Both the position numbers and the translations under genes were made by a program. The notes under the pieces are model-generated. The model was not told the origin of the DNA. It saw only the letters and a program-made list of their open reading frames with translations, and searched no databases. A stretch of 64,000 nt of DNA from Geopsychrobacteraceae bacterium. Its GTDB lineage: Bacteria > Desulfobacterota > Desulfuromonadia > Desulfuromonadales > Geopsychrobacteraceae. Shown here piece after piece: positions 37,887 to 49,035 of the stretch. The stretch covers positions 2,368,001 to 2,432,000 of the forward strand of contig OY759353.1 in NCBI GenBank assembly GCA_963662315.1, written 5' to 3'. Positions within the stretch are counted from its first letter, which is position 1, and each line of letters starts with the position of its first letter.

Positions 37887-38255
37887 TTATCCACCGGACA
37901 ACCAGGAAACAGGCATACCGGCTGCGAGCCAGCCAAGCATACCGTCATTCACATTATACAGCTGACGTTCGGTTGTCACTTCAAGGAGGAATTCACAGAT
38001 TAACGCGGTTCTTCGGCCACTGCGGCAGATCAACACCAGGTCCTGACGCGCCGGGACCAGCTGATTCATGGCTGCCAACCATTTTAACGGGTCACTGCTG
38101 CCGTCAGCAGCAAAAAAGGTCAGGCAAATTGCGCCGTTAACAACACCTGTCAACCGCCATTCTTCGGGGCGACGAACATCGATGATTGCCGCGCCACCCT
38201 GTAACAGCTCCGGAACACCGACACTCGGCACCTGATGATATCTGCGTAACTCCAT
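37887..38255 (-). CDS. Single-domain rhodanese
   Basis: Motifs IIDVRRPEEW, LICRSGRR, GMLGW. Confidence 0.85.
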   Translation of the reverse strand: MELRRYHQVPSVGVPELLQGGAAIIDVRRPEEWRLTGVVNGAICLTFFAADGSSDPLKWLAAMNQLVPARQDLVLICRSGRRTALICEFLLEVTTERQLYNVNDGMLGWLAAGMPVSWLSGG

Positions 38256-38404
38256 AATTCTCCCACGAGACAAATCTTTTCTGCTCTCATTTTAAGCGCC
38301 AAACACCACATTGTAGTGCACAGCCATTCAAATAAGATATAATTTTTAAAACATCCCACGAATACACAAAGTATTCTGCTGATCCCAGACAAAGGAGGTC
38401 CACC

Positions 38405-38893
38405 ATGCTCCCCCTTTACAAAACGATTCTGGTTACTTCCGACTTCACCCCCAACTCTGACCACGCATTCAAACATGCCATCATGCTGGCCAGACAGAAT
38501 AACGCTAAAATTCACCTCCTTCACGTCATTCAACAGGTTGAATCTTCAGTTCGCGGCTATATCTCGTCAGTCGTCGGTGAAAGTCGACTCAGCGAGTTCG
38601 AAAAAAATAATTATCTGAAAGCGCAGATCGAATTGAAGAAGGAATTGAATGACTTTGCCGAAAAAGAGCTCAAAAATTATCCTCACGATCTGGCCCGCTT
38701 TGCCGGCTCTCGTGTGGTCATTGGCCAACCAGTACCACTGATTTTATCCGTTGCAGACGAACTGAACGCTGATGTTATTGTTATGGGAACTCATGGCAAA
38801 GGCATTATTGAACATGCCTTTCTTGGTAGCGTTGCGGAAAAAGTACTGCGCAAAGCCAACCGTCCGGTCTTTACGATCCCCCTTCCATCTTGA
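38405..38893 (+). CDS. Universal stress protein
   Basis: Motifs ILVTSDF, ADVIVMGTHG, LGSVAEKVLR. Confidence 0.93.
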   Translation: MLPLYKTILVTSDFTPNSDHAFKHAIMLARQNNAKIHLLHVIQQVESSVRGYISSVVGESRLSEFEKNNYLKAQIELKKELNDFAEKELKNYPHDLARFAGSRVVIGQPVPLILSVADELNADVIVMGTHGKGIIEHAFLGSVAEKVLRKANRPVFTIPLPS

Positions 38894-38898
38894 GATGA

Positions 38899-38941
38899 AG
38901 CCTGGATGAAGCAATCAGGCTTCATCCAGGCTCACCTTTTT
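38899..38941 (+). terminator. Terminator after usp
   Basis: AGCCTGGATGAAGC/GCTTCATCCAGGCT plus a T-tract. Confidence 0.75.
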
Positions 38942-39467
38942 CGCGCCCCAATTATTTCGGCGCAACCGGTTCGGTCAGTTAAATGACATGAGGACTTTAA
39001 TGTTCCCGATACATTTTTTATTTTCTTTTTTCTTAAAAGTCACTAACATTAGATAGAGTTATGTTTCTCATAATTTGTGGTCTGGTCCAGTGCAATATCA
39101 ACGAGCTTTTCAGAAATCCATTTTGTTCAAAGGGATTACGCAATACGTGGTTGTTTATGGTATGAAAGTCATTACTCGCGTTGTTATGGGTAACAGCCTG
39201 ACTTATTGCCAGATTTCTGATCTGTATCTGCGTAACCAGGAATAAACCTGGCCTACGCACCAACGTTGGGAACACTGATCATTTTCTGGAGGAACAGAAC
39301 AACCCATATCCGGTTGAAAATGCCGGCAACAATTTACTTCAATGTCAAGAATAACTGGCAGTTTGAACAACTAAATACTCCTTCGCCAGGTGAGATTGCT
39401 AAAATAGCAGGGGATAAATGAAGATTATTCCAGTTGGACCCGTAACCACGCGAAAAAGGAATGGGCC

Positions 39468-42400
39468 GTGACCGCCTCAGCCATTGTTTTTCTAATAGTC
39501 CTTGCCGCATCTTTTGGCGTGTTATCAGTCATCCTGCTGCTTCGCAATAAATCCCTGCGACAACAGATCTCGTCATCATCCGTTTCCGAGTATCCCCCTG
39601 CAGACCTGGCTCAATCAACCCTGATTGAGCAGCTTCCGATCCCCGTGTTTCGCAAGGACAGCCAAGGACACATCCTTTACGTGAATAAAGCCTTTGAAGA
39701 GATGATCGGCCGGTCTCGCCATGAGCTGCAGGGAAAAACTGATGGCCTGTACAATTCTTTTGAACTGGCCTCTATTGACAAAGCTCAAGATCAGAAACTT
39801 CTTGAACGGGGCGGTGATCAGATTTACGAAGGAAAAATTGAAAACCACCGGGGGGAAGTACGGAATATTGTCTTTCATAAACGTGCAATTACTGATCAGG
39901 AAGGCAGAATTTCAGAAATTATCGGCCTCGCGTTTGATATCACTGATCGTAAACAGATAGAACAACAGCTCCTTGAACAACAGAAAATGTTCATGTCTCT
40001 GGTTGAAAATCTTCCAGACCTGATTATTCGTTATGACAGGGAATATCGCCGGACCTATGTCAATCCGGCTTATTTTGAGCTGACAGGAACATCCGCCGGT
40101 CAAATACTGGGCTCCAACGCCGGAGACATCTGGACCGGGGATATAGCCTTTGCTGACTATCAAGCTCTGATTAGAAAAGTTTTTACCGGCGGAGAGATTG
40201 AAAACCTGGTTATCTCCCAGTCCGACCGCCATGGAAAAAACCATCTCTTTTCTATTTCTCTGGTGCCAGAAACAACCTCAGTAGGACAAATCACCGGCGT
40301 GTTTGCCATTGGTCATGATATTACCCGATTAAAGCAAACTGAAAATCAGTTTCGCAACCTGACCGAAAACTGGCCCGATGAAATAGCAACATATGACATC
40401 AACCTCCGCCGTATTTTCATGAACCCAGCCATGGAGCAAACCCTCTCCAAACACGCAGACAGGGTAGGTCAATTGCTAGGGGCAACACCTTCAGAATCAA
40501 TTCCGGGCGTACAAAACATTATTGATTACGAGAATAAGCTCAAGGAAGTCCTGACTACAGGTAAGGTCTGCGACTATGAAATGCTCTGGCAGCCAAATTC
40601 ACAGCAGTGTCAGTATCGTCAGGTAAAAATGTTGCCGGAATATGACATCGCCGGCAAGATCTGCGGCATTTTTACTGTTGCAAGAGACATAACTCAGCAG
40701 AAACAAGCCGAAAATGAGAAACAAAAAAAGCTCGAATTCTTTGCCAACCTTGATCGGGTAAACCGGACAATCCAGCAATCCAATGATCTCAAGCAGACCA
40801 CGAATGATACGCTCAAAGTCATTCTGGACATTTTCTCCTGTGATCGTGCATTTCTGGCCTATCCACTCGATCCCGAAGTAACAACATTTACCGCCCCCAT
40901 CGAACAGACCCGTCCGGAATACCCTGGGGCAAAGAATAGAGAAGAACCTGTTTTTATCGATAAAAACGGGCGAATAATGCTGCAGTTGTTACTGGCAAGT
41001 GACCATCCCCTGCAGTTTGGCACACACAGTCAATATGCATTGCCCCAATTTATGGAAGACGTGTTTGCGGTCAAATCGATGCTGTCTATTGCCATTTATC
41101 CTAAAATTGGCGCTCCATGGCACTTTTCTCTGAACCAGTGCTCAGCGGAGCGCATCTGGACCGAAAACGAGATCAGACTCTTTCATGAAATCAGTAACAG
41201 ACTTTCAGATGCGCTGACCGCGGCCTTAAGTTATCAGGATCTTCAGGACAGCAAACACTTTATTGACAGTATCTTCACACATATTCCTACCATGCTATAC
41301 GTCAAAGACGCCAAAACCCTGGCTTACGTCAGAGTTAACCAATCAGCAGAAGAATTTATGAATGCCAGCGAAGCCGAACTGATTGGCAAAACCGATTTCG
41401 ATTTTTTCTCGGCAGAGACGGCAACTTTTCACCGCCAGACGGATCTTGAGGCGCTTGAGAAAAAATCCCTTGTCTATATCCCGGAGGAAATCCTGTATAC
41501 CCCCGAGGGGAAAAAGCATTACCTTCAAGTCAAAAAAATGGTCATGACTGACCAGCAAGGCAATCCAGACTATTTGCTGATCCTCACTGACGATGTTACC
41601 AAACTGAAACTGTCCCAGGAAACAACCCGCCAGTTTACCCAGGTTATTACCCAGAGCCCTTACGGTATCATCTTCACCGATACTGAGGGGCATATAGAAT
41701 TTGCCAATCAGAAATTCTATGAAACGGAACAACTGACGCCGGAAGAACTGTCGCATATGACGCTGAAGCAGTTACTTGACCTGGACGCTGAGGACCTGCG
41801 CCTCGCTGCTGAAGTCATTAGTGAGCACGGGGTCTGGCGTCAGGAACGACGTTATCGCTCAAAAACCGGCGATAACAGTTGGAGACACCTGCAGATTACC
41901 GCAATAACCGACGAAGATCATCCCGACAACCCGATCACCAACTTTGTCATCGTCAGTGAAGACATTTCCCAGCGCAAACTGCTTGAAGAACAGCTGCACC
42001 ATTCTCAGAGAATGGAGGCCATCGGCCAACTGGCCGGTGGAGTCGCGCACGATTTCAACAACATGCTCGGCGTTATTGTCGGGCGCACCGACCTGGCATT
42101 GACAAAGCTCAGCCCCGAGGACCCCCTTTTTATCTCCCTGCAGGAAGTCAGTAAAGCTGCTAACCGTTCAGCAGACCTTACCCGGCAACTGCTGACGTTC
42201 GCTCGCAAACAGGACATTGCGCCTAAAATTCTTGAGCTGAACAAAACCGTAGAGGGAACACTGAACATGCTGCGCCGTCTGATCGGTGAAGATATTCATC
42301 TGGTCTGGATCCCTTCCCCGAAAACCTGGCCCATAAAAATCGATCCGTCACAGCTTGATCAGATTCTGACAAATCTGTGTGTTAATGCTCGCGACGCCAT

Positions 42401-43130
42401 GCCTGAAGGGGGAAAAATAATTATAGAAACGGGGAATGTTACCCTGAGCGAGGAGGACTGCTGTCTAAACAGTGATGCGACACCCGGCAACTACGCCATG
42501 CTTTCTATCTGTGATAATGGTAGCGGTATCAACCAGGAATTCATCAGTAACATATTTGATCCCTTTTTCACCACCAAGGAACTTGGAAAAGGGACCGGGC
42601 TTGGTCTCTCAACTGTTTATGGCATTGTTAAACAAAACAAAGGCTTCATCAATGTTGTCAGTGAACCGGGCCATGGTACAACCTTCACCATCTTCCTGCC
42701 ACGCGTTGAAAATGAGAATCTGGAACCACAGTCAAGGACAGGGGTCGCCCTGCCACGTGGCACGGAAACCATCCTTGTCGTTGAAGATGATCAGACGATT
42801 CTCGCCACGGAAGCAAGTATGCTGGAAATGCTGGGCTACAGAGTTTTTGCAGCGCAAACCCCGGCGGAAGCCATTCTGCTTGCCGAACAATACTCCGGCC
42901 ATATCCAACTGCTGATTTCCGATGTCATTATGCCCGACATGAACGGACGAGAACTGGTTAGATTAATGACGACACACTATCCACAACTCAAAACCCTTTA
43001 CATGTCGGGTTATACCGGTGATGTCATTGCCCACCACGGCGTCCTCGAAGAGGGGGTCAATTTTCTACAAAAGCCGTTTTCGCTTCATTCATTGGCAACC
43101 AAGGTCAGAGAGGTCCTTGATAAGAGCTAA
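39468..43130 (+). CDS. Hybrid sensor kinase (TM, multiple PAS, GAF, HisKA, HATPase, REC)
   Basis: Repeated DIT..K PAC motifs, GVAHDFNN, NARDA, GTGLGL, C-terminal receiver LISDVIMP. Confidence 0.93.
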   Translation: MTASAIVFLIVLAASFGVLSVILLLRNKSLRQQISSSSVSEYPPADLAQSTLIEQLPIPVFRKDSQGHILYVNKAFEEMIGRSRHELQGKTDGLYNSFELASIDKAQDQKLLERGGDQIYEGKIENHRGEVRNIVFHKRAITDQEGRISEIIGLAFDITDRKQIEQQLLEQQKMFMSLVENLPDLIIRYDREYRRTYVNPAYFELTGTSAGQILGSNAGDIWTGDIAFADYQALIRKVFTGGEIENLVISQSDRHGKNHLFSISLVPETTSVGQITGVFAIGHDITRLKQTENQFRNLTENWPDEIATYDINLRRIFMNPAMEQTLSKHADRVGQLLGATPSESIPGVQNIIDYENKLKEVLTTGKVCDYEMLWQPNSQQCQYRQVKMLPEYDIAGKICGIFTVARDITQQKQAENEKQKKLEFFANLDRVNRTIQQSNDLKQTTNDTLKVILDIFSCDRAFLAYPLDPEVTTFTAPIEQTRPEYPGAKNREEPVFIDKNGRIMLQLLLASDHPLQFGTHSQYALPQFMEDVFAVKSMLSIAIYPKIGAPWHFSLNQCSAERIWTENEIRLFHEISNRLSDALTAALSYQDLQDSKHFIDSIFTHIPTMLYVKDAKTLAYVRVNQSAEEFMNASEAELIGKTDFDFFSAETATFHRQTDLEALEKKSLVYIPEEILYTPEGKKHYLQVKKMVMTDQQGNPDYLLILTDDVTKLKLSQETTRQFTQVITQSPYGIIFTDTEGHIEFANQKFYETEQLTPEELSHMTLKQLLDLDAEDLRLAAEVISEHGVWRQERRYRSKTGDNSWRHLQITAITDEDHPDNPITNFVIVSEDISQRKLLEEQLHHSQRMEAIGQLAGGVAHDFNNMLGVIVGRTDLALTKLSPEDPLFISLQEVSKAANRSADLTRQLLTFARKQDIAPKILELNKTVEGTLNMLRRLIGEDIHLVWIPSPKTWPIKIDPSQLDQILTNLCVNARDAMPEGGKIIIETGNVTLSEEDCCLNSDATPGNYAMLSICDNGSGINQEFISNIFDPFFTTKELGKGTGLGLSTVYGIVKQNKGFINVVSEPGHGTTFTIFLPRVENENLEPQSRTGVALPRGTETILVVEDDQTILATEASMLEMLGYRVFAAQTPAEAILLAEQYSGHIQLLISDVIMPDMNGRELVRLMTTHYPQLKTLYMSGYTGDVIAHHGVLEEGVNFLQKPFSLHSLATKVREVLDKS

Positions 43131-43266
43131 AAAAGACAAACCCGATTGAAACCAAGCGCATTTCAATTAAACTCAAATAAATAGATCGTTTTCAGAACTT
43201 ACTGAAATCGATAGACATAATCATTGTGATGCGTTGCTACGCAAAGAAAGAGTTGATCACAGAGTC

Positions 43267-45375
43267 ATGAAACGTTTCCAACTAACCCCCAATACTGCCG
43301 AAGTCACCCGCATTGCAGGAATATACGCGTTTTGGGGGTTCCTGTGGATTTTATTTTCCGATCAGATCATTCTGTTTTTTTTTCAGGATGCCAATCTACT
43401 TGCGAAAATTCAGACGATCAAAGGTTGGTTTTTTATCCTGGTTACAGCCGCGTTGTTATTTTTTCTGGTCAAGCGCTCCCTTGAAAAACTGGCTTTTGAG
43501 CAACAACAGTTGGCCAATGTCATGGAAGCCACCAAAACAGGTACCTGGGAATGGCATATAAAATCAGGGCAATTGCTGGTTAACGACCGGTGTCTTGCCA
43601 TTACCGGTCATTCACACGCGGAAATAGAACCAAGTGCTACTGAATTCCGTAAAAAGCTGATCCACCCAGATGATCTCCCGAAATTAAACACGACGATAAA
43701 AGAACTCAAATCCGGGAAGCGTGATTCCTACGAATGTGATTATCGTCTAAAACACAAAAACGGGAGTTGGGTCTGGACTACAGAACGTGGCAAGGTCATT
43801 CAGAAAGACTCGTACAACGCCCCCCTTGTTGTAGCGGGAACGATACATGATATAACGGCAAAAAAGAAGGCAGAAGCAGATCTGCGCCTGGCACATTATT
43901 GCCTCGATCATTCTGCTATTGCAATTTTTTCAATTGACCTTGATGGCAAAATTACCATGACCAATCACACCGCCTGTCAAAATCTAGGTTACACGAAAGA
44001 TGAAATTTACAACCTGACTCTCTTCGATATCGACCTCAACTTGAATTCTGAGATATGGGAGCAGCACCGGAACAAGTTGAATCACAAACAAGTTTTGACC
44101 TTTGAAAGTTCCCAAAAACGCAAAGATGGCAGCCTGTTTCCGGTCGAGGTCACTATCAATCACCTTATATTTGAAGAACATCCCATGTATTTTTCTTTTG
44201 TGCAGGACATATCACAACGCAAAGAATTGCAAACCGAACTGAACCAGAAAAACAAGATGGAAGCCATTGGCCTGCTTGCTGGAGGAATGGCGCATAATTT
44301 CAATAACAGTCTTGCCATCGTCCTTGGCAATCTGGAAATGGCCATCAGGAAGAATCCTAAAGATAGCGCACTGACAGACTATCTTGATAACGCCAAGGCC
44401 GCGGCGCTAAGATCCAGAGACCTTATCAGCCAGATCATGACCTACAGCCGTAAATCATCAGGAACGAATGCGTTGTTTAACATCAGTGATGTTCTACAGG
44501 AAACTTTCACGCTATTGAAATCAACAACTGCTGCGACCATTAATTTGACCTTGTCAGTGTTGGAGTCCGCGGACAACATGTGGATGCATGGTGATCCGAG
44601 CCGCATCCAGGAAATCCTTCTGAACCTGCACGGTAATGCCGTCCACGCAGTTGCTGACGCTGGAGATATCAGCATCACCCTGGAAAAAGTGTATCTTGAT
44701 TCAGAACAGGCTTTGGGCAGGGATAAAAACAATCATCTTTTCGCTAAAATCAGGTTTTCCGATAACGGTTGCGGCATACCTGAAGAAACGTTGCTGAGGA
44801 TCTTTGATCCGTTTTTTACCACAAAAAAAGTTAACGAAGGAACCGGCATGGGACTGGCAACCGTGAAAGGTATTGTCGTGCAGCATAACGGCCTTATCAA
44901 TGTCACCAGCAAGCCCGGGCTCGGAACGGAGTTCAACCTCTATTTTCCTCTTGCAGATGAGCAGAGTGCCAATCCTGTGGGACGAATAAACACCTCTATT
45001 GTAAAAGGGAGTGAAACTATTTTACTGGTGGATGACGACCTGAAGTTGAATGAGATTAACCAGGAGTTGCTTTGCGAACTGGGCTACCAGGTGGTGTCGG
45101 CCACCAATGCCGAAGCCGCGTTAAGCATTCTCCAGGAGGCGGCGCAGCGTTTCAGCCTTGTCATCACCGACCAAACCATGCCGGGGTTAAGCGGTCAGCA
45201 ACTCGCCCGAGAAATCAAAAAGTTATATCCTCAGCTGCCTATCATTCTCTGCACCGGGTACAACACCAGAAACGCTGAACAGAATATCGACCCCCGACTG
45301 TTTGCCGCAAGGTGCTTTAAACCATTACAACTCTTTGAAGTTTCGCAGGTTATCCGAAAGATTCTGGACGAGTAG
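43267..45375 (+). CDS. Hybrid sensor kinase (TM, 2xPAS, HisKA, HATPase, REC)
   Basis: Motifs WILFSD...KGWFF, GMAHNFNN, GTGMGL, VITDQTMP. Confidence 0.92.
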   Translation: MKRFQLTPNTAEVTRIAGIYAFWGFLWILFSDQIILFFFQDANLLAKIQTIKGWFFILVTAALLFFLVKRSLEKLAFEQQQLANVMEATKTGTWEWHIKSGQLLVNDRCLAITGHSHAEIEPSATEFRKKLIHPDDLPKLNTTIKELKSGKRDSYECDYRLKHKNGSWVWTTERGKVIQKDSYNAPLVVAGTIHDITAKKKAEADLRLAHYCLDHSAIAIFSIDLDGKITMTNHTACQNLGYTKDEIYNLTLFDIDLNLNSEIWEQHRNKLNHKQVLTFESSQKRKDGSLFPVEVTINHLIFEEHPMYFSFVQDISQRKELQTELNQKNKMEAIGLLAGGMAHNFNNSLAIVLGNLEMAIRKNPKDSALTDYLDNAKAAALRSRDLISQIMTYSRKSSGTNALFNISDVLQETFTLLKSTTAATINLTLSVLESADNMWMHGDPSRIQEILLNLHGNAVHAVADAGDISITLEKVYLDSEQALGRDKNNHLFAKIRFSDNGCGIPEETLLRIFDPFFTTKKVNEGTGMGLATVKGIVVQHNGLINVTSKPGLGTEFNLYFPLADEQSANPVGRINTSIVKGSETILLVDDDLKLNEINQELLCELGYQVVSATNAEAALSILQEAAQRFSLVITDQTMPGLSGQQLAREIKKLYPQLPIILCTGYNTRNAEQNIDPRLFAARCFKPLQLFEVSQVIRKILDE

Positions 45376-45423
45376 AAAATGACCTTCGCTAACGACTCAG
45401 GATCGTCAAGGTCTTGAAACTCA

Positions 45424-46254
45424 TTACTGTCGCGCCAGACGGATATTGGTTATGGAAGACTCAAAATTGGAGCGAAACGGGTTGATGTCCAGCCCGCCTC
45501 TGCGGGTATAACGCGCGTAAACAGTCAGTTTCTGGGGACGACAATAACGCATCAGATCAACAAATATACGTTCCACACACTGCTCATGAAATTCATTGTG
45601 TTCACGAAAAGAAATCAGGTAACGCAATACCGCTTCATGATTTATCAGCCCTCCCTGATAGCGGATCAGGACACTCCCCCAGTCTGGCTGATTGGTCACC
45701 AGGCAGTTGCTTTTAAGCAGATGGCTGTGCAACTCCTCACTGACCTGTGAGCCTTGATCAGCCGCATTTTCCAGTAATGCAGCATCGAGTTCATAATTAT
45801 CGACAGTAATATCCAGGTCATCAATGCAGATGCCAGGCAGAACCTGCAGCGCTTCAGTGGCAAAGTCTCGGGCCTGAAGAAGATGCACACTGACCTCTCC
45901 ACCGGCGGCGGCAGACAGATCCGTCTTTATGCGCTCCTCAATCAGGGACACATCGGCAAAACGGGTCTGATTGTATGAATTCAGATACAGCTTGAACGAT
46001 TTTGATTCAATCAGGTTCGGTGTGCTGCAAGGGATATGAAATTCCCCCATGGCAACAACAGGTTTACCCTTTTCATTCAGCCACGACAATTCATAGGCAT
46101 TCCAGATATCATATCCAGCAAATGGCAACACTCCTGCCACACCGATATCATCACGCTTGACCTGCCGGGGAAAGGGGCATAACAGTCCGGCATCATAGGC
46201 TGATGGGTATTGGGTCACTTTTCCTAAAGGCAGATAACTTTCAGGACTGGTCAT
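45424..46254 (-). CDS. queF: NADPH-dependent preQ0 reductase (long, bimodular form)
   Basis: Motifs [53 protein letters not shown]. Confidence 0.96.
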   Translation of the reverse strand: MTSPESYLPLGKVTQYPSAYDAGLLCPFPRQVKRDDIGVAGVLPFAGYDIWNAYELSWLNEKGKPVVAMGEFHIPCSTPNLIESKSFKLYLNSYNQTRFADVSLIEERIKTDLSAAAGGEVSVHLLQARDFATEALQVLPGICIDDLDITVDNYELDAALLENAADQGSQVSEELHSHLLKSNCLVTNQPDWGSVLIRYQGGLINHEAVLRYLISFREHNEFHEQCVERIFVDLMRYCRPQKLTVYARYTRRGGLDINPFRSNFESSITNIRLARQ

Positions 46255-46464
46255 TTGGGTCCTCAACTTAAATAAGATTACCCTTGCATGCAGGTAAAAT
46301 ACTGATAGAATTATGCGCTTATCGCTATTATAGCTACTTTGTAGCACAAGAGTTGTTGATCTGAAAACTCTGGAAGGCTATAGCACAGTTTATGGTCTGG
46401 AAACGAGCTGTTTCCTACTAAGAACAAAGTAGTTTTATTTCACCCGTCAACATGGAGAAACATT

Positions 46465-47571
46465 ATGAAAGTCGGATTAGTCGGTTGGCGAGGCATGGTC
46501 GGCTCCGTTCTGATGCAACGAATGGTAGAAGAAAATGATCTTGCCGGTGTAGAACCTGTATTTTTCTCAACCTCTCAGGCCGGCCAGGCCGCTCCGGATT
46601 TCGGCCAGGGCGCAGGCATTCTTGAAGATGCATCAGACCTGACCAAATTGGCCGAGCAGGATGTTATCATTACCTGTCAGGGCGGAGATTACACCAAGGA
46701 TATCCATCCCAAGCTGCGCGCTGCCGGATGGGCCGGTTACTGGATTGATGCTGCATCAAGTCTGCGCATGGCAGATAATGCTGTTATCATTCTTGATCCG
46801 GTCAACCGCAATGTTATTGACAAAGCTCTGGCCGAAGGGTGTAAGGACTTTATCGGTGGCAACTGTACGGTCAGCCTGATGCTGATGGGTATTGGCGGTC
46901 TGTTTAAGGCTAATCTTGTCGAGTGGGCCAGTTCCATGACTTACCAGGCAGCTTCCGGTGCCGGCGCTCCGAATATGCGCGAATTGCTGAACCAAATGGG
47001 CGTCCTTAAGGACTGTGTCGACAGCGAACTGAAAACACCAGGTTCCAGCATTCTCGATATCGACCGGAAAGTGACGGAAACCCTGCGTGGCGACAGCCTG
47101 CCAAAAGCTGAGTTCGGCTTCCCTCTGGCCGGCAGTGTATTACCCTGGATCGACCGCGAAGTTGAAGACGGCCAGAGCCGTGAAGAGTGGAAAGGGCTCG
47201 CCGAAACCAACAAGATTCTTGCGACAGAAAAACAGATTCCGATTGACGGTATCTGTGTGCGTGTTGGCGCAATGCGCTGCCACAGCCAGGCGATCACGAT
47301 CAAGTTGAAAAAAAACCTGCCAATTGCCGAGATCGAAAAAATTATTGCTGAAGACAATCAGTGGGTAAAACTGATTCCAAACAATAAGCAGGACACCTTG
47401 GCAGGGCTGACTCCAGCTGCTGTTTCCGGAACCCTGACCGTACCGGTTGGCCGCGTGCGCAAAATGAAAATGGGCCCTGAATACCTGTCCGTTTTCACCT
47501 GTGGTGATCAGCTGTTGTGGGGTGCCGCAGAGCCGTTGCGCCGGATGCTGAACATCCTGAAAGAGAAATAA
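46465..47571 (+). CDS. asd: Aspartate-semialdehyde dehydrogenase
   Basis: Motifs [37 protein letters not shown]. Confidence 0.98.
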   Translation: MKVGLVGWRGMVGSVLMQRMVEENDLAGVEPVFFSTSQAGQAAPDFGQGAGILEDASDLTKLAEQDVIITCQGGDYTKDIHPKLRAAGWAGYWIDAASSLRMADNAVIILDPVNRNVIDKALAEGCKDFIGGNCTVSLMLMGIGGLFKANLVEWASSMTYQAASGAGAPNMRELLNQMGVLKDCVDSELKTPGSSILDIDRKVTETLRGDSLPKAEFGFPLAGSVLPWIDREVEDGQSREEWKGLAETNKILATEKQIPIDGICVRVGAMRCHSQAITIKLKKNLPIAEIEKIIAEDNQWVKLIPNNKQDTLAGLTPAAVSGTLTVPVGRVRKMKMGPEYLSVFTCGDQLLWGAAEPLRRMLNILKEK

Positions 47572-47632
47572 TACTTGACAGGCCAGCGACAAAATAGAAA
47601 CAAGCAATTTTTCGTTGTATCCAGAAAATAAA

Positions 47633-47674
47633 GGGTTTGCCGGAGGCGTAGTTCTTTCCCCCTCCGGCAAACCC
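47633..47674. terminator. Hairpin after asd
   Basis: GGGTTTGCCGGAGG/CCTCCGGCAAACCC. Confidence 0.6.
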
Positions 47675-47715
47675 GCAGATTGACACCGCCACAGCAAAAA
47701 GGCCGTTGCGGGACA

Positions 47716-47766
47716 GTGTAAACAGAAAAGCCTTCGATCTGTGATCGAAGGCTTTTCTGTTTACAC
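47716..47766. repeat. 24-bp perfect inverted repeat with a 3-nt loop
   Basis: GTGTAAACAGAAAAGCCTTCGATC-tgt-GATCGAAGGCTTTTCTGTTTACAC. Confidence 0.9.
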
Positions 47767-47799
47767 ACGAGGTATTATTGACAAAAATAATAGAGTAAA

Positions 47800-47938
47800 A
47801 AGCTCGAAAGCGAGGTGTTCAGGAGTCAAATCGTTCCGTCCAAAGTTTAAACCTGGCGCTGTTCGCCTCGTCGTTGAGCAGGGCTATTCCATCAGGGAGG
47901 CCTGCGAAGCGATGGCAAGAGAACCCGTCAATCTTTAG
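47800..47938 (+). pseudogene. IS3-family transposase OrfA fragment
   Basis: KSFRPKFKPGAVRLVVEQGYSIREACEAM resembles the IS3 OrfA N-terminal HTH, then stops. Boundaries approximate. Confidence 0.6.
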
Positions 47939-48025
47939 AAAACTCGAATGATTTCCCTTTTATCTTTTGCTAAACTCATGGTCAGGTTGTGACGAAAAGA
48001 AAATCAGCTAAAGGATTGATTCTCT

Positions 48026-48166
48026 ATGAAAAAAGATCTTGTCAAACTACTGATTTATATTGTCGTTCTGGCCTCAGTCATTGCGAGCCTCTATGTTGTG
48101 GGTAAAAGCATTGACAACAAAACCAAATATCAACACCCCATCACCCGTCCAGGAGCGAAGTGGTAG
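48026..48166 (+). CDS. Small single-TM protein (46 aa)
   Basis: MKKDLVKLLIYIVVLASVIASLYVVGKSIDNKTKYQHPITRPGAKW; AAAGGA upstream; shorter than any ORF in the track. Confidence 0.55.
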   Translation: MKKDLVKLLIYIVVLASVIASLYVVGKSIDNKTKYQHPITRPGAKW

Positions 48167-48222
48167 GTTCAAACGCAGAAGTAAATCTGGCTACACCTCT
48201 TGGCTCTGCCCGAGCTGAATTG

Positions 48223-48852
48223 CTAACGGGCCAATTGCTCCCCAATAGCATTCATGACTCGTTCAACAATCAGAATATGTGTTTCTTTTTTATTCTCAAG
48301 CTCAAATAGATCAGAAAACTCCAGCGGTGCCCCGAATTCGATTTTTCCTTTCTGCCCGGTACTCAGAACTTTCCAGGCATTGATCCCCTCCAGACTGGTT
48401 GGAACCACAACCGGCCGGTGGTCATAAATCAGCTTGCCGACGCCACGATTTCCCGTGCCTAGTTTGCCGTCCTTATGCCTTGTCCCCTCGGGAAACAACA
48501 TGACTTTTTCGGTACGTAACAAATCACCTAGCTGCTTACCGGCCCGGACATCGCGACCACGCTTGACCGGGAAGGCCCCCCAGGAGCGGAACACAGCCCC
48601 CAGCAGCGGATTGCTGAACAGCTCCTCCTTGGCTGGCGCCCAGACCATTTGCCACGGATGGGCACGTTGGACTGCGGTCGGGATAAATACGGTGTCATAT
48701 CCAGAGATATGATTGGCCAAAAGCAGCACCCCACCTGAGTCCGGTATATTTTCTGCGCCGGTAACAACCAAACGGTTCACAACAAAAGCGTACATACCGA
48801 TAACCCAAGTGGTTGCCATAACCCAAAGCAGTCTTATAAATGATACTTTCAT
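48223..48852 (-). CDS. plsC: 1-acyl-sn-glycerol-3-phosphate acyltransferase
   Basis: Motifs NHISGYD, AKEELF, FPVKR, FPEGTR. Confidence 0.88.
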   Translation of the reverse strand: MKVSFIRLLWVMATTWVIGMYAFVVNRLVVTGAENIPDSGGVLLLANHISGYDTVFIPTAVQRAHPWQMVWAPAKEELFSNPLLGAVFRSWGAFPVKRGRDVRAGKQLGDLLRTEKVMLFPEGTRHKDGKLGTGNRGVGKLIYDHRPVVVPTSLEGINAWKVLSTGQKGKIEFGAPLEFSDLFELENKKETHILIVERVMNAIGEQLAR

Positions 48853-49035
48853 GACGTTCTCCTGCACTGTTTGCTCAAGTAGATGTCTCAGGCATTCAAA
48901 ATCCTTGCGACATCAGGGCGTATGCCTCATTATGAGGACTTTATCAGTTTCTGTCATGGAGTAATTTGATTAAAACCCGGTAGACAGAAGCAGAAAACTT
49001 TTTTATCAAAAAATTTCAAGTAAGGATTATCATTT

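Noticed and set aside
39000..39460. Long intergenic region with a 27-codon ORF (MKVITRVV...) and an 80-aa minus-strand ORF
   Set aside because: No RBS, motif or RNA structure I can support.
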